Source: an uncultured cyanobacterium (lineage in GTDB: Bacteria; Cyanobacteriota; Cyanobacteriia; Cyanobacteriales; CAWUOF01). Taken from it: 64,000 nt of DNA. The stretch lies in assembly GCA_963744145.1 (NCBI GenBank), contig CAVUSO010000001.1, positions 4,448,001-4,512,000 on the forward strand. The letters are read 5' to 3'. A model generated the notes under the pieces. That model did no database searches, had not been told where the DNA came from, and saw nothing but the letters and a program-made list of their open reading frames with translations. A program made the position numbers and the translations under genes. This document shows, one piece after another, positions 55,924-64,000 of this stretch. Within the stretch, counting starts at the first letter, position 1. Each line of letters begins with the position of its first letter.

Positions 55924-56265
55924 ATGTTTTTCATTCTCATTATAGTGGTTCCACTGGTAGCCTGGTCTCTACAGTTAATGCACCAAGCTCTCGAAAGTCG
56001 AGAGTTTTCCTTAATGTTAGCGGGCACTTTAGTCGCGACAGCCGCAGCTGCAATGGTAGTTGTATATTTTCTGATGGGAGATTACATGAACTACGTCCAG
56101 CAAATGGCCCAAAATCCCCATTTTATCTATAACTCTTCCCAAACCGGAGCACTGGTCTGGATACCCCAAACTGATGCAGAAATAGAAGCTTGGGCTAATT
56201 GGGATAATCAAGAAATAGCTGTTAGTCAAGAATTTCAGTCGGCTCCCAGCTTAAGAGTCAATTAA
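55924..56265 (+). CDS. Small hypothetical membrane protein
   Basis: Two hydrophobic segments (REFSLMLAG...). Confidence 0.65.
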   Translation: MFFILIIVVPLVAWSLQLMHQALESREFSLMLAGTLVATAAAAMVVVYFLMGDYMNYVQQMAQNPHFIYNSSQTGALVWIPQTDAEIEAWANWDNQEIAVSQEFQSAPSLRVN

Positions 56266-56354
56266 CCGACTAATTAAAAGCAGATAGTGGGAAAATTTTT
56301 TCAAAAACCCCTTGACTAATTCCTAGTAAACCAGAGATAATGAAAGACTGGAAT

Positions 56355-56427
56355 GGGGCTATAGCTCAGTTGGTAGAGCACTTCAATGGCATTGAAGGGG
56401 CCAGCGGTTCGAGTCCGCTTAGCTCCA
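56355..56427 (+). tRNA. trnA-GGC: tRNA-Ala(GGC)
   Basis: GGGGCTA/TAGCTCC acceptor stem with G3:U70; anticodon arm CTTCA-ATGGCAT-TGAAG; TTCGA T-loop; upstream TTGACT-N18-GATAAT. Confidence 0.96.
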
Positions 56428-56433
56428 TCGGTA

Positions 56434-56472
56434 AAAAATCTACCCGTGATGAACAGGGGTAGATTTTTTTTT
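56434..56472 (+). terminator. Intrinsic terminator after the tRNA
   Basis: AAAAAATCTACCC...GGGTAGATTTTTTTTT. Confidence 0.8.
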
Positions 56473-56509
56473 GTTAGAAATATTGATATTGATAAGGAGC
56501 AAATTATTA

Positions 56510-58069
56510 ATGACAGAAATCCAGCAGATGTCCCTATTTCCCCCTCGGAGTGTGACCGAACTGATCGCAGATATTGAAAAATTAACCTTAGAAATCCAAG
56601 AATTATACAGCTTAGATGATATTCCTTGGATTGTTGGTTATAGTGGTGGGAAAGATAGTTCAGCTATTTTGCAGCTAATCTGGAATGCGATCGCCCAACT
56701 ACCCCCAGCTCAGAGAAAGAAAACCATTCATGTGATCACCACAGATACTTTAGTGGAAAATCCTTATGTATCTCTGTGGGTCAGAAAATCTCATGAACGG
56801 ATCAAAATAGCAGCTCAAGAGCAAAATATGCCCATTGAACCCCATATCCTGGAACCAGAAATTACTCAAAGATATTGGGTGGGATTAATTGGTAAAGGAT
56901 ATCCAGCACCAAGACATCTGTTTAGATGGTGTACAGGTCGATTGAAAATTGATCCCTCGAACCGATTTATTCGGAATATCGTGCAAAAAACCGGGGAAAC
57001 TATTCTGGTTTTGGGAATTCGCAAAGCCGAAAGTGCTAGACGAGCAGCGACTATGAAAAAACATGAACAAAGAAGAGTTCGCGATCGGCTTAGTCCTAAT
57101 GGTAATCTTCCCAACTCCTTAGTTTATAGTCCGATCGAAGATTGGCGCAATGATGAAGTTTGGCTGTATTTAATGCAGTGGGCTAATCCTTGGGGTCATA
57201 GTAACAAAGATTTATTTGCGATGTATCGAGAATCAACCGCAGATAATGAATGTCCCTTAGTGGTGGATACTTCTACCCCCAGTTGTGGTAATTCTCGGTT
57301 TGGTTGTTGGGTTTGTACCTTGGTTGATAAAGATCATGCCATGGAAGCAATGATTCACAATGATCATGAAAAAGAATGGTTAAAACCATTAGTTAATATT
57401 CGAGCCCAATTAGATGTGGAAACAGAAAATCGGGAGAATCGAGATTTTCGTCGGATCTGGGGAGAAGTGCAATTATTTGAACGCAATATTGATGGTCAAG
57501 TATCTGTAGAACCGATTCCGGGTCCCTATATTAAAGCATGGCGGGAACATTTGCTGAAGTTAGTGTTAGAAGCGCAAACTATCATGCGCCAAACTGCTCC
57601 AATTGAAATGCGGCATATTACTTTAATTAGTCCAGCAGAATTAAGTGAAATTCGCCGGATTTGGTTAGAAGAAAAACATGAATTTGATGATAGCTTACCC
57701 AAAATATACAAAGAAGCGACCGGGACAGATTTTCAAGATATTCGACCAAGTGCGGAAAAACAATTATTGGGTAGTGATGAATGGGAAACCTTAGTCGAAA
57801 TTTGTCAAGGTGATGAGATGCACTTGGAATTAATGAAAAAATTACTCAGTACCGAACGCCAATTTTATGCTAAATCTCGACGGGTAGGTATTTATGAAAG
57901 CTTGGAGAAATGCTTTGAAACTAGCTCGCGTTCTCGTGATGAAGCAATTCAAAATGCTCATGATAAGCGGAACTTAAAAAATGCCGCAACTGAAGGTGAT
58001 GTGGATAAAGTTAAACAATTATCCTGGGCTAATATGAAGTTTGCCGGCGATCGCTCTACTCCTGATTAA
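56510..58069 (+). CDS. dndC: DNA phosphorothioation sulfurtransferase DndC
   Basis: YSGGKDSS, FRWCTGRLKIDP, ECPLVVD and CGNSRFGCWVCT motifs; AAGGAG ribosome binding site before ATG 56510. Confidence 0.95.
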   Translation: MTEIQQMSLFPPRSVTELIADIEKLTLEIQELYSLDDIPWIVGYSGGKDSSAILQLIWNAIAQLPPAQRKKTIHVITTDTLVENPYVSLWVRKSHERIKIAAQEQNMPIEPHILEPEITQRYWVGLIGKGYPAPRHLFRWCTGRLKIDPSNRFIRNIVQKTGETILVLGIRKAESARRAATMKKHEQRRVRDRLSPNGNLPNSLVYSPIEDWRNDEVWLYLMQWANPWGHSNKDLFAMYRESTADNECPLVVDTSTPSCGNSRFGCWVCTLVDKDHAMEAMIHNDHEKEWLKPLVNIRAQLDVETENRENRDFRRIWGEVQLFERNIDGQVSVEPIPGPYIKAWREHLLKLVLEAQTIMRQTAPIEMRHITLISPAELSEIRRIWLEEKHEFDDSLPKIYKEATGTDFQDIRPSAEKQLLGSDEWETLVEICQGDEMHLELMKKLLSTERQFYAKSRRVGIYESLEKCFETSSRSRDEAIQNAHDKRNLKNAATEGDVDKVKQLSWANMKFAGDRSTPD

Positions 58070-58086
58070 ATCTCTACCTTTTAACC

Positions 58087-60093
58087 GTGATATTTATCGA
58101 ACTGATTTTAGAAAATTTCGGTCCTTATTTGGGCAGACAGGTCATCGATCTGCGTCCTGAAAAAGATAGTAAATCCTATCCGATTATCCTGATTGGGGGA
58201 ATGAATGGTGGTGGTAAAACTACTTTTATGGACGCAATTCGTCTCGCTCTTTATGGACCGCGGGCTCAATGCTCAACTCGCGGAAATTTAAGCTATAGCG
58301 ATTTTTTGACTCAATCCGTCAATCGACAAACTCCCCCGACGGAAATGACTCAAATTGAATTAGATTTTGAAGTAATTCAAGATGATCAATTAACTAAATT
58401 TAAAGTAGTCAGAAAGTGGAAAAAAGAACCAAAAGATGGTAAAGATATTTTGGGTATTTTAACCTGTAATGATTTTCAAACTGACTGGTGGCCCGATAAA
58501 GCTTTGGCTAATACTTGGGATGACTATATTGAAAATCTCATTCCTTTAGGAATTTCTAATTTATTTCTTTTTGACGGAGAACAAGTTAAAGAACTAGCTG
58601 AGATGGAAACACCACCACTGACTGTAGTGGAAGCGATCCAATCTTTATTAGGATTAGAACTATCGGAAAGACTTTCTCAGGATTTAGAGATTTTGGTAAA
58701 TCGCAAATGCAAAGAAATTATTAGTCCTAAAGACTTGGCTAATCTTGAACAGATTGAAGAAAAATTGGCGATTGAAAAAGATAAATTTGACATTGTTAGT
58801 CAAGAGTTAGTCCGGTTGAATGATGAATTTAAAGTCGCTATAAGCAAGTATGAAGATGCTCAAAATAAGTTTATTTATGAAGGTGGTAAGATTGCTCAAG
58901 AACGGAGTCAACTTGATCAAGAAAATAAACATTTATTAAATCAGTCCGAAAAAATTCGCGAAATTATGCGTGATTTAGCTGCTGATGTTTTACCATTAAG
59001 TTTAATTTACCCCCTCTTAGAACAAGCAAAAATTCAAGCTGAAAAAGAACATAGTCAACAGTCAGTAAAAATTACCATAGATGTGATTAAAAACCGTGAT
59101 CAAAAATTATTGAACTATTTAACAGAATCATCATTATTTAATCCGGAAATTATCGCAGAAATCCAAAAATTTCTTGAGACAGAAAATGCAGTTTTTGAAC
59201 AGCAAATTTTTGATGATGAAAAGATTTGGCTCAAAGCTGAACCAGAAATAATTGAGCAGTTAAATAGCTTACTTAATTATCAATTAAAATCTGTCCAAAA
59301 ACAAGGTCAAGAAAAGTATGAAGAGCTGAAGGAATTGGAAAAAGAAATAGATTTTTTAGAGCGCCAGATCGTTAAATCTGCATCTCCAGAGCTTTACCAA
59401 CAGCTCGAAAAAAATCTCAAAGATGCTCAAACAAAAATGAATGAGATTGAGGTAGAGCGTCAGCTAGTTAAACGTAACTATGATGAACTAGATCAGACAA
59501 TTAAACAGATCAAAAAAGAATTAGCAACCTTTGCAGAAGAAGAAATTAAACAGAGAAGCAATCAACATATTATTCAAGCATCTAGCAAAGTTCAAGAAAC
59601 TTTAAAAGTATTTCGAGAAAAATTGACATTGAAAAAATTAAGCAAATTAGAAAATGAAGTAACTAAATGTTTCCGTTATCTGTTACATAAATCAGATTTA
59701 GTCAATAAAGTAACTATCGATCGCAATTCTTATCGTCTCGCTCTTTATGATCCCCAGGGCGCATTTTTACCGAAAAATCGTCTTTCCGCTGGAGAAAAAC
59801 AATTGCTCGCGATCGCATTTTTATGGGGATTAGCATTAGTCTCTGGTCAGAAATTACCCATCGCCATTGATACTCCTTTAGGAAGACTAGATTCCGAACA
59901 CCGTCAGAATTTAGTTGATCGTTATTTTCCGGCTGCTAGTCATCAAGTGATTTTGCTGTCTACAGATACAGAAATTACTCAAGTTGAATATGCTCGGTTA
60001 CAGGAACAAGAAACGATCGCCCGGGAATATCTCCTTAAATATGATCCGATCGCCAGTCAAACTCTAGTCCAACCGGGTTATTTCTGGCCTTAA
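58087..60093 (+). CDS. dndD: DNA sulfur modification ATPase DndD
   Basis: GMNGGGKTT, LFLFDGE, LSAGEKQ, IDTPLGRLDSEHR and HQVILLSTDTE motifs. Confidence 0.95.
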   Translation: MIFIELILENFGPYLGRQVIDLRPEKDSKSYPIILIGGMNGGGKTTFMDAIRLALYGPRAQCSTRGNLSYSDFLTQSVNRQTPPTEMTQIELDFEVIQDDQLTKFKVVRKWKKEPKDGKDILGILTCNDFQTDWWPDKALANTWDDYIENLIPLGISNLFLFDGEQVKELAEMETPPLTVVEAIQSLLGLELSERLSQDLEILVNRKCKEIISPKDLANLEQIEEKLAIEKDKFDIVSQELVRLNDEFKVAISKYEDAQNKFIYEGGKIAQERSQLDQENKHLLNQSEKIREIMRDLAADVLPLSLIYPLLEQAKIQAEKEHSQQSVKITIDVIKNRDQKLLNYLTESSLFNPEIIAEIQKFLETENAVFEQQIFDDEKIWLKAEPEIIEQLNSLLNYQLKSVQKQGQEKYEELKELEKEIDFLERQIVKSASPELYQQLEKNLKDAQTKMNEIEVERQLVKRNYDELDQTIKQIKKELATFAEEEIKQRSNQHIIQASSKVQETLKVFREKLTLKKLSKLENEVTKCFRYLLHKSDLVNKVTIDRNSYRLALYDPQGAFLPKNRLSAGEKQLLAIAFLWGLALVSGQKLPIAIDTPLGRLDSEHRQNLVDRYFPAASHQVILLSTDTEITQVEYARLQEQETIAREYLLKYDPIASQTLVQPGYFWP

Positions 60094-60113
60094 TTTCATT
60101 TGGAGAAAAAAAT

Positions 60114-60500
60114 ATGGAAATACTAATTGAGCGAATTCGTCTTTCCCAAGTAGCCAAAGAACAACTGATTAGACTCAAACGGATCACCAAAATTGATCAG
60201 TGGAATATTCTCTGTCGGTGGGCATTTTGTCGGTCTTTGGCCGAACCAAGTATTCCTTCCTCAACGACAATTTTAGCAGATAGCAATGTGGAGATGACCT
60301 GGCGGGTATTTGGGGGCGAAATGGCTGATTTGCTGTTAATGGCACTCAAACAACGTTGTCATAACGATGGGTTAGAAGTTACTAACGAAGTCTTGATTAC
60401 TCAATTTCGGCTTCATCTCCATCGAGGGATTGGTTACTTAGCAGGAGATTTAAATATTAAGAAAATTGAAGATTTTCTGGAAATTACCATGAAAAATTGA
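60114..60500 (+). CDS. dndE: DNA sulfur modification protein DndE
   Basis: WNILCRWAFCRSLAE, VEMTWRVFGG and FRLHLHRGIGYL motifs. Confidence 0.95.
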   Translation: MEILIERIRLSQVAKEQLIRLKRITKIDQWNILCRWAFCRSLAEPSIPSSTTILADSNVEMTWRVFGGEMADLLLMALKQRCHNDGLEVTNEVLITQFRLHLHRGIGYLAGDLNIKKIEDFLEITMKN

Positions 60501-60769
60501 GAAAATTATTTGAGGTGAGCGGAAACATAGATCCAAAAGTAAATTAACTGTGTAATCCATGAACCAAAAAACCAGGTGGCATCAATATACTTAACTAAGT
60601 AGAAGAGTTTGGTAACAAATCCTTACTATCCCCATTTTCTTGCCAAAACAATGTGATAATAGACTAAAACCTGTTCATCTTTAAATGGGTGATATTTCCC
60701 ATTGTCAAAACCCTTAAATGGGTGCAAGATGTCAGCAAAACAAATTCTCCCTGCTGGTTGAAAGTCTTC

Positions 60770-61777
60770 ATGGTTAGCCAACCCTCAGAGGCAAATTTTC
60801 GGATTACAGTCTTGGATGACATGGCTGTTATACATATCCCCTCTCGTTTGAGCGTTCTAGAAGGTGTTGCTTTTAAACAAACCTGTCAGCAACTTCTGCA
60901 AGAGAGTTCAGTCCCCAATAAAATCATTCTGGATTTTAACGAAACTATTTTTATGGACAGTAGTGGAGTTGGGGCGTTAGTTAGTAATTTAAAAACCACC
61001 AGGGCTCAAGGCTCACAATTAGTGATCCGCAACGTCCAACCCCAGGTGATGGCGGTGTTATCGCTAACGGGACTAGACCAAGTGTTAAAAATCGATCCCG
61101 GTACAGCAGCTAAAGCCCCAGATCCAGATTTTCTCCCAGAAAGCTCGGTCAAAAATGTCCCAACCACCCATCCTTCGATCCGCTCCTGGGTAAAACGTTT
61201 ATTAGATACGATCGGTGCCCTGGTAGGATTGTCAATTACAGCGATTTTATTTATTCCGATCGCCTTGGCAATTAAAATGGATAGTCGGGGGCCAATATTT
61301 TTCGGGCAAATCCGATGTGGGTGGATGGGTAGACGTTTCCGACTCTGGAAATTCCGTTCCATGTGCAATAATGCAGAACAACTGAAAGCCCAAATTGAAA
61401 ATCAAGCCAACGGACCGATTTTCAAAAACGATAATGACCCAAGAATCACTCGAGTCGGTCGAGTGTTAAGACGGACAAGTTTAGATGAATTACCCCAGTT
61501 TTGGAATGTATTAATGGGGGAAATGAGTTTGGTTGGAACTAGACCCCCCACTCCTGATGAAGTAGAACGCTATGAAGTTCCTGAGTGGCAACGTTTAGAT
61601 GTAAAACCAGGGATGACCGGAGAATGGCAAGTCAATGGGCGATCGCAAATTCGCAATTTTGAAGATGTCATCCATTTAGATTTAAAGTACCAAAAGAATT
61701 GGAGCCTCATATATGACATAAAACTAATTCTGAAAACTCTCGTCATCCTGTTTAAAAAAAACAGTGGTGCTGTTTAG
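60770..61777 (+). CDS. STAS (anti-sigma antagonist)-sugar transferase fusion
   Basis: FMDSSGVGAL STAS motif; KFRSM, SLDELPQFWN and KPGMTGEWQV phosphoglycosyl transferase motifs. Confidence 0.9.
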   Translation: MVSQPSEANFRITVLDDMAVIHIPSRLSVLEGVAFKQTCQQLLQESSVPNKIILDFNETIFMDSSGVGALVSNLKTTRAQGSQLVIRNVQPQVMAVLSLTGLDQVLKIDPGTAAKAPDPDFLPESSVKNVPTTHPSIRSWVKRLLDTIGALVGLSITAILFIPIALAIKMDSRGPIFFGQIRCGWMGRRFRLWKFRSMCNNAEQLKAQIENQANGPIFKNDNDPRITRVGRVLRRTSLDELPQFWNVLMGEMSLVGTRPPTPDEVERYEVPEWQRLDVKPGMTGEWQVNGRSQIRNFEDVIHLDLKYQKNWSLIYDIKLILKTLVILFKKNSGAV

Positions 61778-61982
61778 GAAAAAACCGCGCTAAAGCTTTG
61801 GGCTTAAGTAAGGATGGTGAGGAGTAAAATTAAGCTAGAACAACCCATTGCCAGAAAAAATCTGGCAGAGAATTGAAACATCAAAACTCGGTGCGGTTTT
61901 AGAAAAAAACTCTCTCAACATCATATTAGTCAGGCTAAAGGCGATAAGCTAACCCATCAAGTGCGTGTGATCGCTTACCTTC

Positions 61983-62504
61983 ATGGCATTGGCAAACCTA
62001 ATTAAAAGGTTAAAAGATTTTATATTGCGAATCATTGCAGCAATGGAAAACGGTCAGCTAATTAAACAATCTCAGCTTCAGGTGAAAACAAACCTGAATG
62101 ATTTAGACGAAGTCTTGCAATGGTTTGAACAATTCAATCTTCCAACCTGTGTACTCCCCAACCTCTGGTGGCAATATCAAACAGCCTTAGTCGAAGGTTT
62201 TACGAATGCGGTGCGTCATGCTCACCGCAATTTGCCCCCCCAAACCCCGATCGATATCGAAGTAAAAGTCTTTACTCACTATATGGAAATCCGGATTTGG
62301 GATTATGGTCAACCATTTAATCTCGAAGCAAAACTGGAAGAAAAACTCAAAGAAAAACTCAAAGAAAAACTTGACTATGTATTGACTGATCATGGGAAAG
62401 GGCTGATCCTAATGTATCAACTGACGAATGAGATGTATTACATTCGGACAAAAGAAGACCGCAATTGCTTAGTATTGGGGAAAAAAAATCGCCATCAAAA
62501 CTAA
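61983..62504 (+). CDS. RsbW-like anti-sigma factor/serine kinase (HATPase)
   Basis: EGFTNAVRHAH, WDYG and GKGL motifs; start may be ATG 62043. Confidence 0.85.
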   Translation: MALANLIKRLKDFILRIIAAMENGQLIKQSQLQVKTNLNDLDEVLQWFEQFNLPTCVLPNLWWQYQTALVEGFTNAVRHAHRNLPPQTPIDIEVKVFTHYMEIRIWDYGQPFNLEAKLEEKLKEKLKEKLDYVLTDHGKGLILMYQLTNEMYYIRTKEDRNCLVLGKKNRHQN

Positions 62505-62632
62505 AGAAAGCCAGAGATGATCAGTCCAGCAAATTAGCCGGGATCTAGCTGTTGGTTCAGATTGAGGGCGATCGCTGGCTAGCTAAACATGAACTCGCGC
62601 CGCCATTAGCATATAAAAGCATTATCTACAGG

Positions 62633-64000
62633 ATGAACGCACCATTGCCTCATAATGAAGCCCCAAAAGAAGCACTGCGGCGATCTCAGCTCTGTGATCC
62701 CGAAGCTGAACCAGCATTTGATGATCTAACGCAGTTAACTGCTCTGATCTGTCAAACACCAATTGCCTCAATTAGTTTGATTAATCCAGAACAGCAATGG
62801 TTTAATTTCCCAGTTGATTTGAACTCACCGATCCACACTGGCGCGATCGCTTTGGCTGCCCAGACGGTTGATCAGCTGGGGCTATTTATGATTCCAGATG
62901 TCTTAAATGACCAAGCTTGGGCTGATCAGCTGTCGATTAAGCATGAAACCCAAATTCGTTTTTACGCAGGTATTCCTCTGATCGGTACTGATCATCTGGT
63001 CATGGGTGTCCTCAGTGTGATGGACTATATCCCTCGGGAACTGACATCTGCCCAAATAGAAGCGCTCTGGAGTTTAGGAAGTCAAGTCATTCGGCTCTTA
63101 GCAGCAAATCAACAAATTGCCATTGCTAAAAGTCAACAAGCTGAATTTCAAGCAATCTTAGACCAAACCTCCGATTTAATTCAGATTTTTCGTTGGTCAG
63201 ATCAGCGTTTACTATATGTCAACCAAACTTGGCTGCAAACTCTTGGATATGATCAAGCTGAAATTTCCCAACTATCTTGGTCTGCTCTCCTTCATCCGGA
63301 CGAGAGCGATCGCGCTCAAACCATCCTCAAAAATTTGGGTCAGGGAGAATCTATTCCTACCACCAAATTATCGTTTTTAACTAAACAAGGGGAAGCCATA
63401 TCTTTAGAAGGACATCTATTCCCGGTGTGGGAAAAGAGCCAAATCTTAGCTGTACGAGGTTTTTTTCGTCATCCTATTCCTCCTGAGTCAGAATCATCAC
63501 CCTATCGACAAATTTTTGAAAATGCTGCTGAAGGATTATTTCAAGCGACTTTAGATGGACGTTATTGCATTGTTAATCCCGCTTTGGCGCATATTTATGG
63601 CTATAATTCCCTAACAGAATTTTTAGCCAAAGTGGAGACTATTGGTCAACTCTATGTTAATCCCACCTATTGGTCTGAATGTATTGCTCAATTAGCAACA
63701 GAAGGTGAAATCTCTCGAGAAGCTGAGGTCTATCGTCCCAATGGTCCGACCATCTGGGTAGCAGAAAATATCCGCTTGCGTCGTGATGCTCAAGGTTATC
63801 CTACGGCGATTGAAGGCTCGGTGCAAGATTTAACGAGTTATAAACAAGCAGAAGCAACTCTCCAACTCGCGAAAGACCAACTCCAAGCGGTCTTAGATGC
63901 TGTCCCAGGTACGGTTTCTTTAATTAGCTCTAATTTTCGCTATCTCGGTGTGAATCGTCATTTAGCCGCTAATTACCAGTTACCTCCAGAATCTTTTGTT
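62633..64000 (+). CDS. GAF-PAS-PAS-PAS signalling protein (partial, runs off the window)
   Basis: Hand translation: MNAPLPHNE...EPAFDDL...IRFYAGIPL (GAF); YRQIFENAAEGLFQ and LQAVLDAVPG (PAS). The output domain is not visible. Confidence 0.85.
   Translation, partial: MNAPLPHNEAPKEALRRSQLCDPEAEPAFDDLTQLTALICQTPIASISLINPEQQWFNFPVDLNSPIHTGAIALAAQTVDQLGLFMIPDVLNDQAWADQLSIKHETQIRFYAGIPLIGTDHLVMGVLSVMDYIPRELTSAQIEALWSLGSQVIRLLAANQQIAIAKSQQAEFQAILDQTSDLIQIFRWSDQRLLYVNQTWLQTLGYDQAEISQLSWSALLHPDESDRAQTILKNLGQGESIPTTKLSFLTKQGEAISLEGHLFPVWEKSQILAVRGFFRHPIPPESESSPYRQIFENAAEGLFQATLDGRYCIVNPALAHIYGYNSLTEFLAKVETIGQLYVNPTYWSECIAQLATEGEISREAEVYRPNGPTIWVAENIRLRRDAQGYPTAIEGSVQDLTSYKQAEATLQLAKDQLQAVLDAVPGTVSLISSNFRYLGVNRHLAANYQLPPESFV

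Noticed and set aside
56386..56577. 63-aa ORF, and the TTG start of dndC at 56471
   Set aside because: The ORF overlaps the tRNA and its terminator; dndC has a ribosome-binding-site-supported ATG at 56510.
56355..60500. tRNA-anchored integrative island carrying dnd genes
   Set aside because: No integrase and no duplicated tRNA 3' end were seen in the window, and the genes carry host HIP1 sites.

Overview
This is a cyanobacterial chromosomal window: the HIP1 octamer GCGATCGC is abundant, and chlG, petP, a PsrR1-like sRNA and Uma2 genes are present. Housekeeping and signalling genes flank a ~21 kb defence/mobile block (~22.2-43.1 kb). The block holds a cas6-less type III-B variant CRISPR-Cas locus (cas10, cmr3, cmr4, cmr5, cmr6-cmr1 fusion, DUF433/PIN pair, CARF-HEPN effector, csx18, cas1, cas2, divergent WYL regulator) with a 64-repeat array. 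It also holds a collapsed double toxin-antitoxin region interrupted by an IS200/IS605 element. A dndCDE phosphorothioation cluster follows tRNA-Ala(GGC). The most unusual observations are: (1) the oldest CRISPR spacer position holds a 506-bp foreign-looking insert with a consensus-like promoter aimed at a repeat/TPR gene that abuts the trailer repeat; (2) a single in-frame TGA interrupts cmr6-cmr1; (3) 24-nt mobile elements are inserted recursively into themselves, with empty alleles in the same window; (4) a di-heme peroxidase-like gene is translationally coupled to a periplasmic-sensor histidine kinase; (5) two toxin genes are fused by a deletion. All calls come from reading motifs by eye; no database searches were run.
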